Shown here one piece after another: positions 50,127 to 57,646 of a stretch of DNA of 64,000 nt. The first letter of the stretch is position 1, and each line of letters begins with the position of its first letter. The position numbers were made by a program, and so were the translations under genes. The notes under the pieces are model-generated. The model saw nothing but the letters and a program-made list of their open reading frames with translations, did no database searches and was not told the DNA's origin. Source of the DNA: Planctomycetota bacterium (GTDB lineage Bacteria > Planctomycetota > PLA2 > JAEUHO01); assembly GCA_965222115.1 (NCBI GenBank), contig CBDCTJ010000007.1:736001-800000 (forward strand). The letters run 5' to 3'.

Positions 50127-51038
50127 ATGGTGTCGAATATGGATCTTGGGAAGTTGATCGAGCAGTTCAGGTGTGACGATGAGTGCAGGCAGTATCTAGA
50201 GGACCTTCGGTGGCCTGACGGCCCACAGTGCCCGGATTGCGGGTCTATGTCGGTGTCAAACGTGGAGAAGCGTCCGGTTTATGACTGCAACCATTGTCGC
50301 TACCAGTTCTCAGTCACAGTGCAAACCGTGATGGAGAATACGAAGCTGCCACTTTGGAAGTGGTTCCTCGCAGCATACCTCATGTGCGAGTCGAAGAAGG
50401 GAATCAGTGCCAACCAGTTGAAGCGGATGCTCAGGATCTCCTACAAGACCGCTTGGCACCTGTGCCACCGGATCAGGGCGGCCATGGGATCTATCGCTGA
50501 GAATCCATTGTCGGGCGTTGTAGAGGTGGATGAGACCTACATGGGTGGCAGCACCGATGGGCGCCGTGGCAAGAGGTCAAAGGGGAAGAAGAGGCGGGGG
50601 CGCGGTACGGACAAGACCATGGTGGTGGGTGCTGTTCAGCGTGAGGGGCAGATCCGGTTGAAGGTGACGCCCGGTAGGGCGACCAAGAAGACCCTCCACA
50701 AGTTCGTGGAGGACCACGCTGGAGAGGCTGAGAGGGTCATCACCGATGGGTACAGGGGCTACCGTGGCATCCCTGGACATGAGTGGATCGATAAGGACAA
50801 GGATGGCTATGTTTCGGCTGGTGGGGTGAACACACAGGCCATTGAGAGCGTTTGGAGCCTGTTCAAGCGGTCTGTGGTGGGGACGTACCACAACATGAGC
50901 ACGAAGCACCTACCTGCCTACCTGGACGAAATGGAGTGGCGGTTCAACAACCGTGGAAACGAGTACATGTTCCGTGACACGATGCTGGCGATGCTTGGGT
51001 GTGGGCCGGTGCCGTATCAGGAGTTGATTGGGAACTAA
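50127..51038 (+). CDS. IS1595-family DDE transposase (alternative start 50139)
   Basis: RWPDG-CPDC..CNHC zinc ribbon, KGISANQL..SYKTAW HTH, VEVDETY, ITDG, NTQAIESVWSLFKR and YLDE..WRFNNR. Confidence 0.96.
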   Translation: MVSNMDLGKLIEQFRCDDECRQYLEDLRWPDGPQCPDCGSMSVSNVEKRPVYDCNHCRYQFSVTVQTVMENTKLPLWKWFLAAYLMCESKKGISANQLKRMLRISYKTAWHLCHRIRAAMGSIAENPLSGVVEVDETYMGGSTDGRRGKRSKGKKRRGRGTDKTMVVGAVQREGQIRLKVTPGRATKKTLHKFVEDHAGEAERVITDGYRGYRGIPGHEWIDKDKDGYVSAGGVNTQAIESVWSLFKRSVVGTYHNMSTKHLPAYLDEMEWRFNNRGNEYMFRDTMLAMLGCGPVPYQELIGN

Positions 51039-51048
51039 CAGGTTTTCG

Positions 51049-51471
51049 CTAGCCAGCTTGCTCTGTATCCGATGATTCAATCAACTCCTGGGTCACTAGC
51101 ACACCTAGCACTTCTGGAGGGGTGTGAGGAGAACGGGCGAACCCATTCGCAATCCTACGCATTAGACCCGTTGAAATAGGAGACTGACGGAAGAGTTTGT
51201 TGTCGCTCTCAAGAGAATACAATGTACCGATCGGGACGACCTTGGCCATTGCGTAATATACTATCGTGCTGTGGGTAACCCACGGATGCTCATTTGATTC
51301 GATCTGACAAGTCGCATCTAGCCCCGCCCTGCTTGTCGTCAGATTGACAATGGCGACTCGATCAGGATCGCTTCCGGGGTGTGAGCACACAATCCACAAG
51401 TGTGAGTCAATATCCGGTCTACTCGGCAACAGAAAAGTGTCACCGTAGCGCAGTGAACTAGCTTGGCTCAT
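51049..51471 (-). CDS. Putative PemK/MazF-like toxin paired with the Panacea antitoxin
   Basis: GDTFLL..HLWIV..VAIVNLTT..EHPWVTHST pattern; ATGA overlap with the antitoxin stop. Confidence 0.6.
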   Translation of the reverse strand: MSQASSLRYGDTFLLPSRPDIDSHLWIVCSHPGSDPDRVAIVNLTTSRAGLDATCQIESNEHPWVTHSTIVYYAMAKVVPIGTLYSLESDNKLFRQSPISTGLMRRIANGFARSPHTPPEVLGVLVTQELIESSDTEQAG

Positions 51472-52091
51472 CCAAGCAACTGGTCATAGTGGTCATGCGC
51501 TTCACGTTCGCGAGCAAGAGCCGCAATTTCATCATTATTCTTTCCTGCCACCCTCAGAATCCGAATAACTGGTATCGCGATGCTTGATTTGCCGGGGTCT
51601 TCCCACTCTGGCAAATCGTGGCTCTTGTTGCGAACATCCCAATCTGAGAGTTGGCAGTTCTCCTCATGGATCGAGTCCAGTATTCTCTTGTCCGCCCTTG
51701 TTAGCCGTCGTTCCGCAGGATGCTGTGAAATCTCGATGTTTCGTTCACCTGCGCCTTTCAGATGTGTGGACCAATAGCTTCCTGTTTCGATGAAGCAATC
51801 TTCCTTGATGCAGTTGTAGGCTTCGCTCAGAACGGGGCCGTGCTCCATCGAAACATACGTCCCGCCGCAAATTGGATGTCCATAAGTCAGAATTGAGGCA
51901 CGATCAGCGAAGTAGAGCAGCTTGAGTAGTCGCATTCGAGTAATCGAAGTGCCATGTTTTTGAATTAGGTACGCCGCCGCCTCAGTTGCGCGTTCTTCGT
52001 TGAATGGAAAGCTGCTCAGGTGCATGGTCTCTCTACTGATCCTATTATCGGCTCTCCATCGGGTAACACCGCGCGCGACTCTGCTCCACAC
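51468..52091 (-). CDS. Panacea (DUF4065/SocA-like) antitoxin (alternative start 52025)
   Basis: RLLKLLYFADR..YGHPI.G..Y.SMEHGPV and SHDLPEW motifs. Confidence 0.88.
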   Translation of the reverse strand: MWSRVARGVTRWRADNRISRETMHLSSFPFNEERATEAAAYLIQKHGTSITRMRLLKLLYFADRASILTYGHPICGGTYVSMEHGPVLSEAYNCIKEDCFIETGSYWSTHLKGAGERNIEISQHPAERRLTRADKRILDSIHEENCQLSDWDVRNKSHDLPEWEDPGKSSIAIPVIRILRVAGKNNDEIAALAREREAHDHYDQLLG

Positions 52092-52098
52092 TTACTGA

Positions 52099-52126
52099 AT
52101 ACTAACACAATGGACGGGCCCGTCAA
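52099..52126 (-). promoter_or_regulatory. Sigma70 promoter of the Panacea TA pair
   Basis: Minus strand TTGACG-16 nt-TAGTAT with extended TGn; overlaps the palindrome GACGGGCCCGTC. Confidence 0.5.
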
Positions 52127-52175
52127 TCGATCAATTGTGAACTCGCCCAAAGGCCTACTAGTGAATAAATAGGCA

Positions 52176-52370
52176 CTACTTTCCTCTCCTTAACGCCTCC
52201 AGAACCGCTCTCCGGGCCCAGGTCGCCGTGGGGATCCCCTCCATCTCGGCGGCCTCTTCGAGCCGAGCGTGCTCCTCTGGGCGTAGGCGGATAGGGACGA
52301 TCTCCGAGCGAACCTTGTCCTCCGGCAGCCGTGGGCGGCCCTGCTGACGCTGTTTCTTCTTGCCGCTCAT
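52176..52370 (-). CDS. Small ribbon-helix-helix DNA-binding protein
   Basis: GRPRL..RSEIVPIRLRPEEHARLEEAA..G...ATWARRAVL. Confidence 0.75.
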   Translation of the reverse strand: MSGKKKQRQQGRPRLPEDKVRSEIVPIRLRPEEHARLEEAAEMEGIPTATWARRAVLEALRRGK

Positions 52371-52412
52371 ACTTGCCCCTAAGGCTATGAGCGATGTTTG
52401 TCGTTAGTTATT

Positions 52413-52429
52413 GTGCATTATGAATGCAC
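52413..52429. promoter_or_regulatory. Palindrome GTGCATT-ATG-AATGCAC between divergent cargo genes; candidate RHH operator
   Basis: Perfect 7-bp arms in the intergenic region. Confidence 0.45.
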
Positions 52430-52460
52430 GTAAAGTAGGCTGTGCGCCAGGAGGGTGCTC

Positions 52461-52928
52461 ATGCCGAAAGTCAAGCCTATCGACCCGAAGACCATTGATT
52501 GGCGTAGAGAGCGACGGGAAGCGCGGAACCGGCCTGAGTCATGGTGGTCGAGGGTGAATCCAACCGCTGTTGTCATTGCGGCCCTTGCGTGCGTGACCAT
52601 CATTGCTCTGGCCTTGATCCTCACCAGGAGCAAGTATTCAGAGAGTGAGGCCCGATCTCTATTCAGGCTTGGCTTGGTCACGGCTTATGCCTCATACGAT
52701 TCGAACATCCAATCAGTAGCGAAGGACGGTAGCAAGGTAGGTCTCCTGGGGGCCATGATGCTGTCCAGGTCCATGGCCGCACAAATCACGAAGGATCTGG
52801 ATCCATCCGAAGGGGCCATCGCCCTATGCGTTGATGAGGTGAGAAACATGACGACGATCACGAAGGAGGCCTCGGCTAGGCTGAAGGAGAACCCCAGAGA
52901 GTTCATCCAAAGCGTGCTACGGGACTAG
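52461..52928 (+). CDS. Hypothetical single-TM membrane protein (IS cargo)
   Basis: AGGAGG RBS before ATG 52461; one hydrophobic helix. Confidence 0.6.
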   Translation: MPKVKPIDPKTIDWRRERREARNRPESWWSRVNPTAVVIAALACVTIIALALILTRSKYSESEARSLFRLGLVTAYASYDSNIQSVAKDGSKVGLLGAMMLSRSMAAQITKDLDPSEGAIALCVDEVRNMTTITKEASARLKENPREFIQSVLRD

Positions 52929-53798
52929 ACCTCCTTTGACAGCGTTCCAGTCCTTGTGAACCTGCTCCTTGATCTCTGATAGTTGTCTCAGCCACTCAGT
53001 CATCTTGATCTTGAGATCCTGAAAGTCCTGGCACAGCAGTGCTTGGCATACATGTCCCTGAGCCGGGTGCGGATCCGACAGGATCTGAGAATAGTCCGGG
53101 CCGAGCACGTTGTGGACCTCCTGGAACCACAGTGACGCCTCCCTCGTAGCGTCAATGATGCCATATGCCGTGTTTGGGATTTTGCGAACAATGTCCCCAC
53201 CCCTCTCACTGAGCTTGTTGATCGAACCAAGAAGCGCCGCTAGATCCATCTCCTCTTGAGTCCTACGCTTTTCAAGGGCAGCCTTGAGTCGATCGATCTC
53301 CTCCTTCAGCTTTACGCTCTCACCATGAAGACGGCTGGACGTTGCCTCGGCATTTCGCAACTGGGCACGAAGGATCTCTTGGTCCTTCTTGCCCTGCTCA
53401 TGTTCTGACTCCAAAGACTTCACGCGACGATTTAGGTACTCAATGATCTTGTTCGCCTGCTCTCCCTTTTCACGAAGTGTTTCTACTTCTTTGTGCAAAC
53501 GTTCTTCACGCGCCCGATCTTCGTCCCGATAACGCTTCGCCAACACTAAAGGCGCTTCAACTAAGGCCCTGATATATATAAATGCCCACCAAGCAGCAGC
53601 GCCAACAACAGCCGCAACGAGATAAATAAAGTCCGGGGTCGCGTCCGATTTCGACGCCCAACAAATGAAAACCATCACCGCTGATCCAAAAATAGGTGCC
53701 AACCACGCCTTTCGAACTCGCTTCGCAGCATGGGCACGAGCCCACCTCCAACATTCCTTTCGCTCACCAGAAGTGAGGGCATACTTGTCCTGCGGCAT
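52917..53798 (-). CDS. Hypothetical two-TM plus coiled-coil protein (IS cargo)
   Basis: Two hydrophobic helices, then a long heptad-rich region. Confidence 0.7.
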   Translation of the reverse strand: MPQDKYALTSGERKECWRWARAHAAKRVRKAWLAPIFGSAVMVFICWASKSDATPDFIYLVAAVVGAAAWWAFIYIRALVEAPLVLAKRYRDEDRAREERLHKEVETLREKGEQANKIIEYLNRRVKSLESEHEQGKKDQEILRAQLRNAEATSSRLHGESVKLKEEIDRLKAALEKRRTQEEMDLAALLGSINKLSERGGDIVRKIPNTAYGIIDATREASLWFQEVHNVLGPDYSQILSDPHPAQGHVCQALLCQDFQDLKIKMTEWLRQLSEIKEQVHKDWNAVKGGLVP

Positions 53799-53804
53799 CC
53801 CATT

Positions 53805-53833
53805 AGACTACCACCCTTGAAACAGGTATACAA
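53805..53833 (-). promoter_or_regulatory. Sigma70 promoter overlapping IRR, pointing inward
   Basis: Minus strand TTGTAT-17 nt-TAGTCT; ATG 53798 lies 6 nt downstream (leaderless pattern). Confidence 0.55.
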
Positions 53834-53855
53834 TACCCTTCATGAATAATCCGGG

Positions 53856-55094
53856 CTAACGCCGTCGATGGCGTTTGGATATGCTTGTGACGGCGTTTTG
53901 AATCGCCATCGAGACCCACTTGGGCAAGTCCGGTGTGGCCAGTGTATTTTGAAGCGGGCCCACGTGATGGATGGCGCCGTGACGGCTAATGGTCTTTACA
54001 GCCCATGACCACGTGCGTCGATCCTTGAGCGTCGGGAGCCGTTCCACGAGCCGGTCCGCGAGCCGTGACTCCAATGCGCCCCGAATGCCAAGCGTCAATG
54101 CGTCGCGCGCGGATGTGCAGTCGGGATCGTCCTTGGCGAGCGCAATGTCAATCAGCATGTCCACCATGGGCCACGTCTTTGGGTCTGCACGACCGAGTCC
54201 CAATTTGACCGCCGCCGCGCGAACGTCGGGGTGGTCGTTCGACATCGCCAGCTTCATGACGCGCGCTTCGATCTCATTGCTCAATTGGTGGATGCGCGCC
54301 ATGGCGTTTAGCGTCTCGAGATGGGCCTCGGCATCGTTTGTGTTGAGGTATGTGAGTAGGGGAATGCCCAACTCGCCGCGCAGATCGCCCTTCGCCTGCG
54401 CCACGAGATACTGCGGCACGCGATAGAGTGGCGACGCCGTGAGCCGACGGGCCAGGCGAAGTAGTGCCGACGCATCGGCATCGTCTAGCTGTTGTTCATC
54501 GGAAAGGGCAAGTAGTCCTTGAATGGCACTGGCGGCGAGTTCGAAGTCATCCGATCCCAAATTGCTGCGCAAGACCCGCCTAAATGCTCCGCGCTCCTCG
54601 TCGGTAAGCTGAGCGCGATACGTCTGTAGTAGCTTATTGCCATCAAGACTTGTGGTGCGATCCATCGAAGACACGTGTGCCATGAGGCTTTTGACGGCAT
54701 GCTCCCGAGCATTTGCATCCATGGGCGCGTTGATGCGCGCGCGTAGTTCGTCCAGCGACAATTGATCTGTTGCGAGCGGTTGAGCAACACCACCCGTGGC
54801 AGGAGTGTCACCGGGTTGCGCGTTCTTGGGGTCCGGAATGGCTGTATCGGGATCTGCGGATGCATCGTTTGTATGTGCATCGCTCGTCGTCTCAGAGCCA
54901 TTCTTATCCTCGGCCGCAACGGGTGTTGCCGTTGACCCGCCCCGCGTATGCTTCGGTGCCTGAGGCAGCGCTTCATGACGTTGATCAAACGCCTCGTCGA
55001 AACGTGCATCGTCGTCGTCCGTCATGGCATACATTGCCCACGCGATGACAGCCGTAAGCAACAAGCCAACGATGATCCAAAGTGCGCGCGACAT
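53856..55094 (-). CDS. Membrane-anchored HEAT/ARM-repeat-like protein
   Basis: N-terminal TM, low-complexity linker, helical repeats (PDVRAAAV). Confidence 0.7.
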   Translation of the reverse strand: MSRALWIIVGLLLTAVIAWAMYAMTDDDDARFDEAFDQRHEALPQAPKHTRGGSTATPVAAEDKNGSETTSDAHTNDASADPDTAIPDPKNAQPGDTPATGGVAQPLATDQLSLDELRARINAPMDANAREHAVKSLMAHVSSMDRTTSLDGNKLLQTYRAQLTDEERGAFRRVLRSNLGSDDFELAASAIQGLLALSDEQQLDDADASALLRLARRLTASPLYRVPQYLVAQAKGDLRGELGIPLLTYLNTNDAEAHLETLNAMARIHQLSNEIEARVMKLAMSNDHPDVRAAAVKLGLGRADPKTWPMVDMLIDIALAKDDPDCTSARDALTLGIRGALESRLADRLVERLPTLKDRRTWSWAVKTISRHGAIHHVGPLQNTLATPDLPKWVSMAIQNAVTSISKRHRRR

Positions 55095-55180
55095 GGCGTT
55101 GTTTGGGAACTCCTACCTACGGCGCACCATCGTAGTGTGCGTCGGGCGTCGTCCGCTGATTTCTATGCGAACGCCGGACG

Positions 55181-56689
55181 CTACCAATGCGTACTGCGGG
55201 CATAGGTGGCGATGTAGTCCTCGGTGGGGATCTTTCGCCGCGTGCTCTTGCTGGTCATGTAACGCACCTTGCCAAAAATAGGCCGCTCCGGCCCCCACGC
55301 GCGATCATGACGACCCAAGACCCAGAAGATTCCCGAATACGAGTTGGGATCGCGACCGTCCAACGCGTACTTGTCGTTGAGATGAATCATGGTTTCGAGC
55401 GCGCGCTCGGGCGATGGCGACCACGCCACAATGTTCTTTCCCCAAAGCATGCGCAGGTAGCTCGGGATACGTCCCTCACGTACGAGCTGTCGTTGCATGG
55501 CATTCCACAATTCGTCGTGGGTTTCGCCGCGCTCAAGCGTATTGAGATCATAGACAGGATCGCGACGGTCACCCCGGTGATCGTTCAGCGTCTTGCGTGC
55601 CCAGTCCGGCAAGCTTGCGTAGAGCATGTAGTTGTCGCGGAAGAAACAGGTGTTGAACCCCAATTCCCGCCAGGTAACCAGTTGATCGAGAAACGCCTCG
55701 GAGCCGGACGGAAGTCCCCACCAGCCCTGGCGCGCACCGCGTCCACCGGGCGTAAGTGTGGTGACGTCCCAATCAAGCGCGGCTGCAATGGCTGCTAGTA
55801 CCTCATGAGGCGAGATCATGCCGAAGTGCAAGTAGGCACTCAACTGACTCGTAACGGGTTCGCTCGGATGACGCCCCTCTTCCACGTAGGCGTCCAGGCG
55901 ACTACCCACGAAAGCTTCAAGGCGCGCGCGGGCTTCGTCCATACCGCCAACCGCACTTCCATGTCCAATGACGTCCACGGGCGTTACGTCATGATCAATC
56001 GGTAGCGTTTCGAGTTGGTCGCTCCCGGTCGATGTAAGGAGATCCCCACTTGCCGGTTGCCAGGTGGATAGAAGCGATGCATCCACGTACTGTTCAAGTG
56101 CGTCATGCGCGTGCGTCCGCAAATCGTCAACCGGTGAAACGAGCGGTGTGTGGTCAAGATGCGCAGGGAGTTCTTGTTGCAAGAAGCGGCGAAATCCATG
56201 TGCCGTTGGAAAACAGCGCGGTGCGGCACGCATGGGTAAGAGTCCGCAACCATCCACGGCCTCTATCAAACAACGCGCCTGTTGACCCGCTGAGGCAATC
56301 ATGGTGGGGTAGTGAAAACACGGGTGGTCATCGATCACCATCCGGCACGCGTGCTTCGAAACGGATTGAAGAAAACCCTTGCCTGCGTCCTTCGCCGGTT
56401 CCACATAGGGCCAGTAGAGCACGCCCGAACCTCCCAGCGCGCGCGCATGATTGGCCATACCGTCAATCACAAAGCGATGAAACCGATCCGACGCCCACGG
56501 ATAGTCCACCCGCAGCGGTTCCACGATCAGGAGCGGTTTCTTATGCTCATTCGCCGCCTGAATCGCATGGTCAAGCGCCACATTGTGCCGAACGCGCCGC
56601 TGCGCCACCATCCAATACACCACAAAGTCACCGTCGGCTCGCACCGACAGGCCATTGAGGGTTCGCAGTCGTGACGCTGGAGCTTTCAC
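55181..56689 (-). CDS. phrB: Deoxyribodipyrimidine photolyase (class II CPD type)
   Basis: VVYWM, SQLSAYLHFG, YLRMLWGK, NDKYALDGRDPNSY and ERPIFGKVRYM. Confidence 0.9.
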   Translation of the reverse strand: MKAPASRLRTLNGLSVRADGDFVVYWMVAQRRVRHNVALDHAIQAANEHKKPLLIVEPLRVDYPWASDRFHRFVIDGMANHARALGGSGVLYWPYVEPAKDAGKGFLQSVSKHACRMVIDDHPCFHYPTMIASAGQQARCLIEAVDGCGLLPMRAAPRCFPTAHGFRRFLQQELPAHLDHTPLVSPVDDLRTHAHDALEQYVDASLLSTWQPASGDLLTSTGSDQLETLPIDHDVTPVDVIGHGSAVGGMDEARARLEAFVGSRLDAYVEEGRHPSEPVTSQLSAYLHFGMISPHEVLAAIAAALDWDVTTLTPGGRGARQGWWGLPSGSEAFLDQLVTWRELGFNTCFFRDNYMLYASLPDWARKTLNDHRGDRRDPVYDLNTLERGETHDELWNAMQRQLVREGRIPSYLRMLWGKNIVAWSPSPERALETMIHLNDKYALDGRDPNSYSGIFWVLGRHDRAWGPERPIFGKVRYMTSKSTRRKIPTEDYIATYARSTHW

Positions 56690-56713
56690 CTACCCGTCAT
56701 AACATACACACTG

Positions 56714-56762
56714 GTGCCAGGCACGCCGATGTACCCACTACATACGTCGCTGTGCCTGGCAC
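56714..56762. repeat. REP-like hairpin GTGCCAGGCAC ... GTGCCTGGCAC
   Basis: 11-bp perfect inverted arms, each itself palindromic, between sufT and the photolyase. Confidence 0.6.
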
Positions 56763-56772
56763 GGAAGGGTAT

Positions 56773-57192
56773 CTACAGAAGGCCGAGTTGGAGTTTGGCT
56801 TCTTCGGTGAGTTTGTCGCGGGTCCACGGAGGTTCCCAGACGAGGTCGACGTCGGCGGTGTCGATTTCGTCGAGTTGTTCGACGCGGGAGCGGACTTCGC
56901 CGGGCAAGGTGCCGGCCACCGGGCACGCTGGGGTTGTGAGCGTCATGGTGATCTTGGCGTGTTTCGTGTCGGCGTCGACTTCAACGTTGTAGATCAAGCC
57001 GAGGTCGTAGATGTTCACGGGAATCTCGGGGTCGAACACACTGCGTAGCGCGTCGAGCACCTTTTCGTCCAATGTGCGCGTGTCGGCACTGGCCTTCATG
57101 GTAGGCAGTCCGGTTCCGGGCGGCAACGGTGGCTTCTTCTCGTCGTTTGATGAGGTCGCCGGCGTATCGGGTGTTGAAGGGGAGTTTGTCAT
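56773..57192 (-). CDS. sufT: SUF Fe-S assembly protein, DUF59/SufT
   Basis: VFDPEIPVNIYDLGLIY, MTLTTPACP and LVWEPPW. Confidence 0.92.
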   Translation of the reverse strand: MTNSPSTPDTPATSSNDEKKPPLPPGTGLPTMKASADTRTLDEKVLDALRSVFDPEIPVNIYDLGLIYNVEVDADTKHAKITMTLTTPACPVAGTLPGEVRSRVEQLDEIDTADVDLVWEPPWTRDKLTEEAKLQLGLL

Positions 57193-57196
57193 CGTG

Positions 57197-57646
57197 TTAT
57201 TCCGTCGTCACCGTCTCGCCCGAGTGCTTCAGTGCGGCTTGCACCGTATGCCACGCAAGCGTGGCGCACTTGACGCGAATGGGAAACTCAGAGACGCCTT
57301 CGAACACGGCCAACTTGCCGAGGGCGTCTAGATCCGTGTCCTCCGTTTCGCCCGTCACCATGGCGTGAAAGCGTTCGAAGAGCGCTTCAGCTTCGGCAAT
57401 CGTTTTGCCGGCCAACGTTTCCGTGAGGATCGATGCCGATGCAACGGATATGGCGCAACCGGAACCATCAAAGTGAACGTGCGTAATCCGGTCGCCGTCC
57501 AGGGAAACGAAGAGCGTGAATTTGTCGCCGCACAGTGGGTTGTGCCCCAACGCTTCACAGTCGGATGTGTCGGGCGCGCCGAAGTTTCGAGGATTCTTCC
57601 CATGGTCGAGAATCATCTCTTGATAGAGTTCGCGTAGATCGGCCAT
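57197..57646 (-). CDS. sufU: SUF system NifU-family protein
   Basis: LYQEMILDH, NPLCGD, GCAIS and RVKCATLAWH. Confidence 0.95.
   Translation of the reverse strand: MADLRELYQEMILDHGKNPRNFGAPDTSDCEALGHNPLCGDKFTLFVSLDGDRITHVHFDGSGCAISVASASILTETLAGKTIAEAEALFERFHAMVTGETEDTDLDALGKLAVFEGVSEFPIRVKCATLAWHTVQAALKHSGETVTTE

Larger units (their letters stand above)
49925..53838 (+). mobile_element. IS1595-family element with passenger genes (3914 bp)
   Basis: IRL GGGGATTATATACTTGACTCAAGG (49925-49948) and IRR revcomp GGGTATTGTATACCTGTTTCAAGG (53815-53838), 19/24 identical. 8-bp direct repeat TTCATGAA at 49917-49924 and 53839-53846. Contains a transposase; codon usage differs from the flanks. Confidence 0.92.
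49905..53858. repeat. Split 32-bp palindrome TAGCCCGGGTTA-TTCATGAA-TAATCCGGGCTA (left part 49905-49924, right part 53839-53858), interrupted by the IS
   Basis: Removing 49925-53846 reconstitutes a palindrome with a single mismatch. Confidence 0.85.

Noticed and set aside
49907-53856. Reconstituted 28-bp palindrome as an XerCD dif site (11-6-11)
   Set aside because: Length fits, but the arms lack the XerD TTATGTTAAAT-like sequence and no recombinase is nearby.
49901-53858. GGGCTA (49901-06 and 53853-58) as a 6-bp target duplication
   Set aside because: It leaves asymmetric element ends. The 8-bp TTCATGAA duplication with 24-bp IRs fits IS1595, and a TA duplication fits the outer palindrome better.
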